A stretch of DNA of 62,084 nucleotides, filler included, from Choristocarpus tenellus KU-1152 (taxonomy: Eukaryota; Protista; Phaeophyceae): NCBI GenBank assembly GCA_964200185.2. It is 11 parts of 11 records of this genome, joined end to end, with 100 filler letters (N's around TTAATTAATTAA, not from the genome) between each part and the next. Parts side by side here need not be neighbours in the genome. Positions count along the whole stretch, not along the records: positions 37,025 to 41,710 come from CAXNAD020013470.1; positions 41,811 to 49,754 come from CAXNAD020005356.1; positions 49,855 to 53,877 come from CAXNAD020016620.1; 8 more parts are not named here. One strand, written 5' to 3'. Both the position numbers and the translations under genes were made by a program. A model generated the notes under the pieces. It was not told the DNA's origin. It ran no database searches and was given only the letters and a program-made list of their open reading frames with translations. Position 1 is the first letter of the stretch; each line of letters begins with the position of its first letter. This document shows, in pieces, positions 40,213 through 52,800 of the stretch.

Positions 40213-41085
40213 GTGCCAGTAGTCCGACACGCCAACACAGCCCCTGCAACAAACATCTTTGTGGTGATGCAGGACGCACAACCGGGTCCCAGCGTTGTGC
40301 CCCTTCAGGCTATCATCATCCAGGACTTCATTGACATCCACCACTACCACCTGGACAACACATTCACGATCCTGCCTTGTCAATACCAGAGGTTCGCAAA
40401 AGAATCCAACCGGCAATCCCTCAGTGGGATACCTGCTCGCTTCTCGAGGCAAGTCAGACTTGGGGACACATCCGACGCCAGGTTCGGTCGAGGAACCAGC
40501 GTCATCCTATGCGCGAGTGGGGGGTCTATCATACATGGGAAGGTTAGCAATGTTCACGTGGACGGTTCAGGGGTGTACATTTACTCAGTGTCCTACCTTC
40601 CAGACGATGGCAAAAAAACTTTGCCCCCTCATCTGAGGTCGTACATGACAGAGGACGAGATCAAGGAGGATGTCGACCAACTTCGGGAGAAGAACAAGAG
40701 GGACAGTGTCGAGGCTGCAGCCCAGCATGTCAGACAACGTCAACAGTCGATCGTTGACTGCCAGCGGAAGCGTATTGACATGGAGAAGGATACGGAGAAA
40801 TATATACTCCTGGAATCGACACTGAGGGCTGCGCCGGATTTAGATGAGGGACAAACACTCGATGCCAGTGCCATGGGCAGAGGACTATACGTCAGATGGG
40901 ACGATCAGTGGACGCTAGGGACGTTGACCAAGTACTAGCCCCACTACACGGTGAAAGTTGGAGATAATCGAGTCAGCTACCCCTACGAGGATAAATGGGA
41001 GAATGGCGACTTGCGAAATATCCAGTTTCTTGTCGAACGATACAGTATAGATCAAGACGCTCCTGCACGTGCCACTCTGCCCCCA
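40213..41085 (+). pseudogene. ORF with two Tudor/SH3-barrel-like segments and a charged helix, broken by TAG at 40936; probably part of the same element
   Basis: HGKVSNVHVDGSGVYIYSVSYLPDDG and GRGLYVRWDDQWTLGTLTKY*PHY..SYPYEDKWENGD; the frame stays open and protein-like after the stop. Confidence 0.5.
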
Positions 41086-41684
41086 TAATGACGAGAGACA
41101 CGGCTTTGAGGAGCTACCTAGGCCAATTCCTGTTCGTGAGTCACCCTCTACTTCACCAATCAGACACATGCCTCGACAGACATGTTGTACTGGAGAGGTC
41201 GGACGTTCTCTAAATCAACAGACTTATACAGTTGGTATCTTGATTTTATTATCTTCCTGAAGAGTTTGTGTCTATGTGTCCTCATACGCATGATCTTATT
41301 TGTCCGGTGGCAACCTAGAATTCATCTCGATTAGTGCGTTCTGCCACTATTCTATAATAATTTTACTGCGATACCACAATCCTTCTTCCTCCCCTCTTTG
41401 CGTTGGTCGGACCACAGAGCAATTTACAGAAACCTTGCTAAAATAACGTGGACGCACAAGCATCTCATACTCTGTACCACCATCTACGGCACAAGTCGAG
41501 ATTTTCACAACAAATGACCCCTCTTCCACACCCAATCCAAACGGCGGCAACCATCCCAGATCAAACAATTGAACCCAACAGCAACTTCCCTAAGTCATAA
41601 TCACACAATCTACACCCACTCAAACGCCAAGCGCAGGTCCTAAATGCATTTTATTCCAAAACACATAAAAAAAGGACGGTGACT

Positions 41685-41710
41685 GGGTCAAAGTATCTGG
41701 GGGGGGGGGG
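41685..41710. mobile_element. TIR of family B type at contig end
   Basis: GGGTCAAAGTATCTGGGGGGGGGG. Confidence 0.7.
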
Positions 41711-44070
41711 NNNNNNNNNNNNNNNNNNNNNNNNNNNNNNNNNNNNNNNNNNNNTTAATTAATTAANNNNNNNNNNNNNNNNNNNNNNNNNNNNNNNNNN
41801 NNNNNNNNNNCTCGCTTGCAGGCGCAGATTGGGGCTCTCCATTCCCGTTTTTTTTTCGTATGTTACATGGGAACCTGTGGCCGAGTTGTAGGAGTGAGGT
41901 TGAGGCATACATAGTGATGTCCACCATAGGTATGGTTTCTAGGTTTTCTGCCTTTGTGGGGATTGATATGCCGACAAGCCCAGAATGATACTGCACCTCA
42001 ATCGTTGACACGAGTTTGCAGTGGGCCAATACAATATCATGCACAATATTCTTTGGAGCACAAGAGAAAAAATGTAAGACTTGTCCTAGAGTGCACATCA
42101 GTGGCAGGCAGCCAGAACACAATCATGAGCACGTCGAGAGACTCGGCAAAAAGCTTCAGTCCCAACTGATGACCACCAACACCGCCTTTGACAATCAGAA
42201 GTGCTTTGGCACTGAACCACCTCCTCTCTCTCTGTCGACACGATTGCCCGTCATAAGAGCATTTGCCAATATCCAAGTTTGTGTAAGGGTCCGGAGGACA
42301 ACTCCGCAACAGTATCCACAGTTCAACAGTCCAATTACAACAAAGTCCATACCACTCACCGGAATTTGGCGTTGGCAAAGGCAGTTAGGGCAGTGACAAA
42401 TGCCATGTACACCCCGTGCGGCCACCTGTGTAGTGTGAGTGAAAGTAGTTGACCTCAGTGCATGAAAGTGAAACGAGAAAGTGGTGGAGTTCTTATCTTG
42501 GGCTTCATTGCCCAGCCACTGCAGTACCCAGCAAAATACTCTGTTCCCATGAGGCATGATGGTGACCATCACAGAGTGAGAATAAGGAGAGGAAGTGGGA
42601 TAGTACTACTGGTGTAATTGCGAAGGCTAACCAGATCATGGTCTGTCCAACTATGCCATCCAGGATACAAGTTCCACGCAATTGACAAAAAACAAAACCG
42701 ATTCGTCTGTTCTGCGACCTTAAAACCCTTCTTGAAGGTAAGTTCTTCAACATTTTTGTGTGAGTCCATGGTAGAGTCATCGCCACAACACACAATACTA
42801 CAGTACCAAACTGTACTGGATATACATCTTACGGTAGAAATTTTGCAATCACTTCTAACAGGGCAGTTGACTTCAAAGAGGTTGGCTGGACACTCCCAAC
42901 AAGGTCACCAAGAAAAACATAAAGGCGACCAAGATTGCAGTGATCCCTGTATGTCCTCTAATCTCTTCTACTTTACATATAGTAGGTCTGTTGTGACACT
43001 GCTTGGTATGACGAACTGCCTCTCTCCTGCACTTGATGCCCAGATCTATTTGCACAAAGATCAAACCCGACCAATACAAAGAACCACAGTATTTGTTTTG
43101 AACGATATGCTAAAACTAGTACCATCAAGAACTACTCTTGCAATCAGCCCCACCACATACTTCCTTACCAGCGCAGGCTCGACATCTCAGTTGGGATGGG
43201 CCCTCTGTAGCATGATGCAAGCGACCTGTAGAGTGACAAAACAGGAGGGAGCATTAATATTTTCAAAGCAGCCTGGCAAAATAGCAAGACAACTGTTCAC
43301 TTTCCTGATTCAGCCTTCCTGTCCCTGTAAATCCCAGCATACCGGTGGATGCATGAAAACTTCGAAGAGTGTACACTTGTGTGTGTATGTATATATATGC
43401 GTGTGTGTTTGTGAATGTCCGGGCCATGCTGCCAAGGTTATACCTAGGAAGGTTTAATTATCAGAAGAACACTGTATCCTGCACAGCGTCGTTTGTTTTA
43501 AGTCTGAGTACAATCGTGTGATGTAGTGTGGATGAAAGGGACAAGTTGGTCCTTTAAGTTGGACCTGGATGAGCAGATCCTAACTCTTGCAAGGTGAAAT
43601 GACCTCTCTGACGCAGAGAGGCACTACTGTTGTCGTTTCCTTGAAACCCTTCAGCCGCAGCAACAAAGTCATGCACTCAACAAAGCTGCACGAGGTTCAC
43701 CAAGGTTTAAAATTCGAGAACGCACACAAGCACAAAGCAAAAATGGTGCCCAAAACAAGCATGCAGTGAGAGCACCAAGGCCATTTTGATATTGCTATAG
43801 ATGGTCCATAGGCATCAACGGGAGATTTTATTTTCAGGTGTATGGAATGAGACAGAAAAATGGGAAAATGGTAATACTTCTGTGTGTAAGGTGGAACATA
43901 TCGCCAATAATGGTCCAGGTCGACCAAATGTTTTCCTTTGCGTCCGCATGATCTCGCCAAATAATCTGATTATATTTTTCAGGGTATGTCGCCAGCCTTG
44001 ACTGCAGGGCAAATGCTGTACAGCCACTGCATAGTACAGTAGAGTATTCCATATACTTTCTAGGGATTGA

Positions 44071-45163
44071 TTTAGAACACAAGAATTCGGGACGTGGGGA
44101 GGGCAATCGGAATTGCAAATAGAAGTACTTCGAGAGGTGGTCTATTGGGACAGCTCAACGCGATTCTAACCAACCGAAGTGCCGAGAGAAGTGCGTTTGT
44201 TCGAGAGGTGGGCGGACAACCGTCCGTGGAGGTAAAACTCACGAGAAGATGGTAAAAATGAAACCCATGTCGATTGCCAGCAGCGTGAGCCTCCTGGTCG
44301 GCCTCCCCATGGCGGTAACTCTCATTTCGGCGTCATCAGCAAGTTTTCTTCGCGACTCTGGGTCCCTTGGGACCACCCCAGAAAATCTGCTCAATTGCAG
44401 TAGTGAAGGAGGGATGTGTGTGTGTGTGTGTGTGTGTGAACAGGTACAGCTCGACATAACATGCCTGAAGTAGCTCGCAAGGCATCCTCCAACATAAGAC
44501 TGTGGGAGAGGGCATCATTTTTATCAAGGTTGGATTTTCAGTCACTTTTTCCAAAAAAAATTGATAGGAGGGAGGAGGTAGAACTGCAAGTAGTACCAGA
44601 TGCTGTGTTTGTATTTTTCAAGGTTTGAATTGTACAACAAACGACAAAGATCGAGGCACTGGAAAAATCCGTGTGAAGTTCCGGCGACTGCTTCACCTGA
44701 CCCTTCTCCTGACATCCCGATTGCAAAGGATGTATATGAGAAAAATGACACCTGCATTATGAAACGGAAACTTCTTCGTAGCACCAGCAGTGGGCATCAG
44801 TCCTGCCGCCGCAACTAGCAAAAGTATCGAGACAGTACCCGAGCGCAATTTCAGACCTCTCCCTCTCGTTTTGCCAACTTTTTCCAATTCATTCCTCTGA
44901 GCCTCCAGCGATCCTTCTGGCAAGGGATTATTACTATCCTGAACCCCCGCATGGGCCCAAAGACGGACGAAGTTATGAGGGATGGAGTTCTTAGGTTCAA
45001 AGTTGAATCGGGGACATGAAGAAGTTGGTGTGACGGCTACTGAACCACTGATACTGGAAGGTGCCTTGAAGGTGGGAGAAACGCGAACAGATCCAAGCGT
45101 CGAGAAGCCGGAAGCTAGGTGCAAGGCACCCAAGGATAGGGCGACAATGGAAACTCGACACAT
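44071..45163 (-). CDS. Unknown, probably plastid-targeted membrane protein (multi-exon; internal structure uncertain)
   Basis: MCRVSIVALSLGALHLASG-FSTLGSVRVSPTF... is a signal peptide + Phe + Ser/Thr-rich transit peptide. Exon ~44386-44243 (FSGVVPRDPESRRKLADDAEMRV..LLAIDMGFIFTIFS) is bounded by AG/GTGAG. Confidence 0.6.
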
Positions 45164-45436
45164 GATATCAGTGCTTTTCCAGTTGATTGTAGTTGTGTTT
45201 GAGGAACCGATCTAAAAAAATGAGGATCGTATCGAATTTGCCCCCATTACCGTATACACCGTATCACAGGGTCAATAACAACAACTACCAAAGTTGACAC
45301 AACTGGAAAGTCCAACCAAAACACCAGACCGCAAGCCCGTGTTGTGCATTCCTGTAGTGGGGGTCTACCTGATCCAGTTCGCAGAGGTGAAACAGGGAGT
45401 CCGGCCCTGTTTGTCTATTGCCGGGTCGCTCCATTT

Positions 45437-48400
45437 ATGAAAAACAATAGGCAACGTTCACGTTGTGCGTTGTTTGAACAAATGGGGTCAGGCTGTGAAG
45501 GTCGTTCTCAAGATGCATCCTCTGTCCAACGAGCTTTTGAACAGCTGCATCTCAAACTGGTCGGTGATCGAAAGATGATATCAATGGAGATAGCATGGCT
45601 CGCTGATCTTAGAGTGGACCTTAAGGCATCCTCTCGGGCGCAAAACGAGGCCAAGGTGACAGAATGGTCAAGGTCCTATCTCCTCTGCCGACCTTTGTTT
45701 GTCGCCTCTCTCTGCCCGATCGTCCTTTTCAGTCTATCAAGAGCAGTAGTGATGTTTCAGTCTGCATTCCAACCGTGAGATTGAATATTTCCAAATCCAT
45801 GGCCTATCAAACTTTCATTTGTACGTTGGACAGGGGCAGTTGGTGGACACCCCCATGGTTGCTGCCCCTGGTGATGAGCTCGTTCAGGATATAGTGGCTG
45901 CTACAGGTGGTGAAGTGTTGGGGAAAGACAATAGAACCGGTGGGAGTGAGAGAAACAGTCAGCGCGAAGGCAAGGGTAGGGGTACAGGGAGAGGCAAGCG
46001 CAAGGTAACAGAAGCTGCACCTGTACCCATCGCGTCAAGTTCAAGCAACTCTTCTGCCACCTCAATCACGAACACCACAGAAGGCAATGGCTCGCAGACC
46101 CAGGAAGTGTTAGTGAATCCCCTTCCAAATGGCGACTTTGGAAGGGGGAAAAGGGCCAGGACAGTGAAAGGGCTGAAACTAGGTTCGACCTCGTCGACCT
46201 CCTCTCAGACATCCAAACCGGTTGCCATCCGTTCCTGTATGACCTCAGAAATGAAGTCAGTCGTCATTTCCCCGCCTGAACCTACTGAAAATCTCTCACA
46301 TGGAGGTATGGAAAGTACTGCTGCAACTGTGACGGCAACTATGCCCGCAGCCAACCCCCAACACCAGTCACCAGGTGTTCCAGACCTGTCGTCTCGTGAT
46401 CAAGACCCTGAAACCCTAGAGACACAAGTCCCAGGGAAGAACTGCCCTTTACTATTATCGCCGTTACCACGACTATTAGTGGAAAGGAAACGAGGCGAGA
46501 CACCTCAGGTAGGTGAGTCAGGGCGTGTACTGGAGGTACCTTTAGGCCGTGCTGCAGGGGTTCCAGGACCCCGACTCCTTCGTGCCCGAGCGGAACGTGA
46601 GCGGCGACGTGCTGCCAAGTTGTTAGAGGCTGGCAAGAGTAACGGGGGAGCAAGTGAGACTGGTGTAGTGGGTAGTGGAAAGGAGATTTTGCGAGGTCTG
46701 GATGGGAAGGGTCTGTGTTTGCCTGGAAGCGTGACCACTACCCCACAAGGATCAGGACCTGGGAGGCCAGTAGATATTCCTGCCAGTTCCAGCACAGGTA
46801 AGGAGACAAAAAGTGGAGTCACTCGCACCTTGTTAATCATGGGCAATGGTATGCCTGAAGTAGTAATGGATGCCAATGGTCGGACTGGAGGCATTGGCGG
46901 TACTACCATTGACAGTGATGAAAAGAGCACAGGCAATGGCATTGGTGGGCATATGGTATCAAGAGAGGACTGTACTGTGTTGGGGGGCAAGGCTGCAGAG
47001 CAGAACACATTTCATGCCAATGATGCCATGACCAAGGACAGTATCATATGCAAGGCTGGGGACCAGGGTGTACCCAGAGCAAAGGACCAGGAAATGGGTG
47101 AGGTTGAAAATAGGAGGGAGGCCAGGAAGGGGAAGGCTTGGATTGTTGGAGGAGGTGAGGGGAAGGACATTGTAAATGCCAGGGATGAGGACATAGCTGT
47201 GGCAGTAGCCAAGGCTATACCCTCCACAGAGGTTGATGACGGAGACAGTGGTACTGGCAGAGATGGGAATAAAGCACAAGGCAGGGTGAAACGAAGAGCA
47301 AGGGACCCAAGATTGGCTGGGGCAAATGGAAGTGGCTTGAGAGGGGGGAAGAGTGGGGGAACAGCCAGGACTAGTAAGAAGAACAATCTGAAGTCCAACC
47401 GAAGGAGCCGTGAGCCTGCTGTGGTGGAGGCCACAGAGACAAGACAACCCCAGGGTAAAGACAAATCCAACAAGAGTGACAAGGCTGATGTGAATGAGGA
47501 GGAAACGGGAAGGGCCGCGTTAGGAGCTGCTCGCAAGGGTGAGGTCAAGAGCACTGTGATGTCCAAGAGGAGAACTAGAGGTGATGTTTTGAGGGGGATT
47601 GAGGGCAAGGAAAGGGCTGAATTACGTGTACGTGTTGACGAGCAAGGTGAGTGCAGGGTAGAGGGGAAGGTGACTGCGAGCAATGTAGAGGATAAAGGCA
47701 GCGCTCACAATAGCAGGAAAGTGAGGGGCGACTGTAAGGAGCAGCGAGTGGAGACTATGGGCAATGAAGGGACTGAGCAAAAGGAGGGCAGGGAAGGCGC
47801 TGAGGAGAAAAGGAAGAAGGGTGGGAAGGTAAGAAATGAATTGCTTGGGGAGGAGGAGCATTCCATGGGGGAACGGGGTGAAGGGGGAAGACAGGCTAAG
47901 GCAAAGAGGAACGGAGATGGCGGAAGGGATAGGGGAGGCACTGATCACAGAGGATCTGGTGATGGGGAAGGAGAACTCTGTCGTGATGGGAGTGGTGCTG
48001 GCGTTGGAGGGGTGGTCAAGGGACTAGATGTGGGAGTAAACGAAGGGATGGGGCTGGAGAGCGAGGAGGGCATCTCAATTGAGAGGAAGTCACAGGTATG
48101 TCTGTGCGAACTCATTTAACTGTTTTTGCTGAGCATATTGAAGCTGGGGAAAGGGTATACGAACTACTATTTTCATTTTCTTGAGAGATTGAATATGTTC
48201 GGGCATCTTTGAAGCACAAGTGGTACGTTGTGACCATTGAAGGGAGTGTGAATTGCAGCTCAGTGTTTTGATGGTTTGCGTGAGTTGAACACCATTGTCT
48301 TCGGATGGTGTTGATGGCATCGTTCGAATTGCTCTCTAGGCCACTTTGACTGATCTTTTTTAGCACCCTTCAACCATTGTGGGAATAGATACGCTCCAGA

Positions 48401-48616
48401 CGTTTTCAGGGGTGAGCTTATGGGTTACGAATATATTTCAGGGGTGGGAGCATCACGTCAAGCGTATGTAATATTGAGTGATTCCGGTGGGTGGTGATGT
48501 TTTTATTCAAGTTCTTCAATGTCTCCTTGACTGCTTAATCTGTCTTCACGCCTAAAGAGCCCTCCTTTCACAAGAAGAGATGGATAAGTATGTCACCCAG
48601 TGTATGTATGCTCTTG

Positions 48617-48648
<32 letters not shown>

Positions 48649-49754
48649 GTGCTGCTACAAACGCTCGTCTCGTTGCATTCTATTCATTTTGGCCTGGTAC
48701 TCAAGCCACTTTTCCACTTTTTTTGGGTGCGTAGGAAGAAGGGGTATGAAGTCCATGGCCAGCCGTTGTATTGACCCTTCACACAGTACTATTGTGTAGA
48801 AGATGGACCAATCAAAAGGCTGCATTAGCGCGTGCACCACAGTGTATATATACTACAAGGGGAAATAGAGCCATCAAGTTGAATTGAAGGAGGATGTCAT
48901 TCAGCATCCAATGCCCTGACGCCACCCAGTGGCAGTGAAACACATCATTCACGCATACTTCAGTTTCTCCTGTTCGAGGTGTGTCCCCTGACAGGTACAG
49001 TGGGCAAAGTACCACAACACAGGACCTCACACTTATCCCCTCCCCTGCCCTCTCCTTGTAGACACAACGCATGCTTGCTGCAGTGGATCCTAGGTCCGCA
49101 CAAACTTCGAAGGGAACATCACGGGGAGACTTGCAATTATTTTTGTTGGAACTATCAGAGGCCAAAGCCAACGCAGGGATGCCGCAGGCAATTGCTCCTC
49201 AGCAACAGGAAGAAAGGGAGTGCCTGCAGGGGTTGGGGCATGAGGTAGGCATTAGGCCACCCCCTGAACAGACTGTTCATAATGATGCTGCTCCCGAGGA
49301 GAGCTCTGGGGCAATCAAGGAGGCAGAAGGGTCTCTTTCGGATGGGCGGCTCACTAGTGTCAAGCCTTCTCAGGCCAGGCCATGCACCGAACAGACTGGC
49401 TGTAATAGTACTGCCACGAAGGAGGGCTTTGGGGAAATCAGAGAAGTAGGAGGATCTCTCCCAGGTGTGTGTCTCACCAATGTCAAGCCTTCTCAGGCCA
49501 GAGCTAATGCATTGGGTATCAAGCAGTCGAGAGGGAGAGATCTTGCTCCAAGGGAGAATGTTGCAGAGGGCAGAGGGGTTGGAAAAGAGGATCGAGGACA
49601 ACCCGTTTCCGGCCTTCAAAGTAAGACCCTTGCGTGGCGTGCTAGAGGTCTCAATGCCTCCTCAGACTGGGGGATCCACAGCTACCCTAAACCAGTTCCA
49701 CGGCCTTGGGGTGGTATGTCAGGGGTAGGGGTGGGGATGGGGCAGGGAGGAAGG
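45437..49754 (+). CDS. Large low-complexity (Gly/Glu/Lys/Arg-rich) protein of unknown function, 3' end missing; exons ~45437-45655, ~45834-48095, ~49084-49754
   Basis: 766-codon open frame bounded by CAG/GTATG, an in-phase upstream exon ending AAG/GTGAC, and a further 243-codon ORF. Confidence 0.7.
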
Positions 49755-49854
49755 NNNNNNNNNNNNNNNNNNNNNNNNNNNNNNNNNNNNNNNNNNNNTT
49801 AATTAATTAANNNNNNNNNNNNNNNNNNNNNNNNNNNNNNNNNNNNNNNNNNNN

Positions 49855-52800
49855 CTTGAGGCTGAGCTTTCGCTGACACGGGCTGAGGCATGCAAGTGGC
49901 GGGTGGAGGCGGGGCGGCTGTCAGAAGAGGCCCGAGAAGCGGGGAGGAAGAGGGTTAAGGTGGAGGAAAGACTACACCGTTCCTTGTTATTGAACAGGCA
50001 GGCGGAGGAGGAAGAAGAGTTGAAGCTGAGGGTTACCTTGCCGGAATCTGAGGAATCCCGGGGGGGTGAGGGAGGGGGAAGGGGTCTTGCTGTAGGCCGA
50101 AGTCGTTGTCTGTCCCCTGTGGGCTCTCCTACAAAGAATCATTGCTTGGTATCACCGAAAATTGAAGCAGCAGGTGCCTTAGGCCGCAGGTCGTTTTATC
50201 GCCCCGAGGATCTCACGGAGAGGGAGGCGTTGCTGTTTGGACAGCTTCAGGCAGAGACTGAGGGGTTGAGGCAGCGGGCAAGGGCGGCTGCTGGGGCTGC
50301 AGATGAAGCACGGAGGGAAGCTCAAAGGCGCTCAGTGGAGACTAGTGATGAGCTGGAGGTCGCGTTGGTGGAGGGACGGAGGCTGAAGGATGAGGCTGGG
50401 GAGTGGGAGGTAGTTATCCTTTTGTTATTTTTGTGTGTGTTAATTGGTGTGTTTCCAATTAATGAAGTATAGTGCTTGGGAGTATGAAGTGGGGGTTTTG
50501 TAGTATGTTGGAGGGAATAGGATGCATGTGATGTTGATATGCCCAGTTGAGGTGTTTGTGCCTGCTTAGGTGAAGTGTGTCTTGAGTTCCTCTGTCGGTG
50601 TCCATACGTGGTGTCTGTTCGGTGTGGTATGAGTCAGCGCTGAGGGGGCTAGTTTGCTGTGGGGATGACCCACTTGGACCTGTTCTGGGTATGAGGAAGC
50701 AGGAGAGAGGTGTTGCTGTACTGTTGTGGATGAAGGCACGATGAATGGAAATGTTGTAAATTGACAGACATGGTATTTGAGAAGTGTGCGTTCTCAAGCT
50801 GTTCAGGGTGGAGGTGGGACCCTAATCCATTTGGGTAGCTGAATTGTGCTGCCCTTTTGACCCTGTGCTCCTTGCAAGATTGGCCTGATACGCCAAGTTA
50901 ACAATGAAACAAGCGACACTTTCAACCCCTCATGTACCCGTCTTAACTCCCAAGACAGGGTTGGTTGGCCTTAGCCCTGTCCTTGTTGACCGCCACGCCC
51001 TCACAAGTAACCTCCATGGTCTTGCCTTTACTCCACAACGTACTCGAATCCCTAACCCTTAACTTGAACCCTGCACCTTTGCATTTATTCCCAACTGATA
51101 GCTACCCCCTGTTTATGATGCTACATTAGCCTCCTTTTCAATACCCTCGAGGCCTATCATCCAACCAGTCTTGCCAAGTTGCATGCTCCCCTCCCCCCCC
51201 TCTTTCCTCACGCTCCTTACACACGGTACGCTTGCTTGGTGTGCATCGCATTTTGTTGAACTTGTGCACCTTGCAACTGCAGGCAAAGGAGGCAGTCCTC
51301 AAGGCCGAGGCCGAGGCAGCCTCGGCTGAGGCTTCCACCTTCGCCGATCGACTTCAAAGCGCGGAACAGGACTTGGAATCTGAGGTTGCTAGGAACTGGG
51401 ACAGACAGAAGATGCAGGTTGAGTCCAATTCCCACCTCCGCAGGGTGCTTTCCGTAGCCGAGGATGACCTCGCAGCCGTGGAGAAAGCGCTGAGGAACAA
51501 GGACAGTGAGATCAGGAGTCTCAGAGCAAGGGCAGCGAGGGCTGGGGTCATGCACCTGTTGGCTGGCGAGCGAGGAGGTCGTGGTGACAATACTAATGTC
51601 AGTGGTAGGGGAGGCAAGAGTGGGGGCAAGAGGAGGTGCACAAGGAGGCACAAGGGGGCAGGGGGCGGCAGTACTGGCATTCGTGGCAGAAGCAGCGATG
51701 GTGCCAACTGTCAGGGGGGTAAACGGATGGGGAAGGTCTCTCTTGTTTCATTGGACGGCGGTCTGGACACAGGGACCGAAGGGGGGGAAGTAGAGCTCCG
51801 GGCCTTTAATGCTGTTGTTGATGCCCGCATTGCTGCTGAAAGGGTGGCTGCTGTTGCTGTGAAGAGATCGGAGGTTTCGGGGTTGGCTCTGGCGGAAGCT
51901 CTTCATTCTGCAAAACGAGAGACGGCAGCAGTCGATGAGACTCTCGCCCGCACAAGGAGGAGGGTAGGTGATGAGGGCGGATTTGGAGGGTCTGGAAGGT
52001 CAAGACGTCTACCTGCTGAAGGTGGGGAGATATGAGATGAAGTTGGAATGGGTGTAGGTGGATGCTTGGAGTGGGAGTTTATGGACCAGCGCTGGTAAGG
52101 TCGGTCCATGGACTGAGAATATGCGCCCTTGTCTGAGGTTTGCTGTTGACAGATAACACTCTTGTTTTTCACCTTAGACTGTTAGGGACAGGGGAACCCA
52201 GATAGTTTGGGGGGATGAGGGATAGCTGAGAGTAAAGGTGTGGCTAGTCTCTCAATACCAGGGATGTGCTCAGGTCTATGTGTGTGTAATCATTCCTGTG
52301 ATTTGTGTTCGCTTCATCATGTTTGTGTTGTAAGCTGCACAGTAGGATTTTCAGTCTTTGGGGTTGGTAGAGAGATGTTTTGACGAGCATAGGGTCCCTT
52401 GTGGCGACGTGGTTTTTATCTTGAAGGAAATGTTGCTGTTGGAAGGCTTTGGCGACAGAGGAGCACCCGTTTGAAATGTTACCAGCCTTATTTCTATCAG
52501 TTGCAACACAGAAAAAATGGTGCCCCCTTTAGTGTGGATAATGCCGATGATCTCCAATGCCCTCTTACAAAAGCCTTGTGTTTTCCAGGATGATCTTCAT
52601 TGAAAGTTCTATTTCCTCCTGCAATGACTCTCTCTCTCTCTCTCTCTTCTTCCTCCCTGTTCTCATTTGAATAATACCAACACTGTGTTCTTTGCCAATA
52701 TATCTCAATAGAAGACATTGAGGCGGTGGAGGACATAGCCGCTGTGAGCAAGCCCTCAGCAGCCCAACAGCTGGTGAAAAACGAACTGTCTGAGGAACGC

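Noticed and set aside
41811-43457. Possible plus-strand multi-exon gene including the 279-aa ORF
   Set aside because: Some splice-like sites are present, but I could not build a consistent in-phase model or recognise a domain
46339-47948. Long antisense ORFs opposite the 766-aa ORF
   Set aside because: Shadow frames of a purine-rich coding exon
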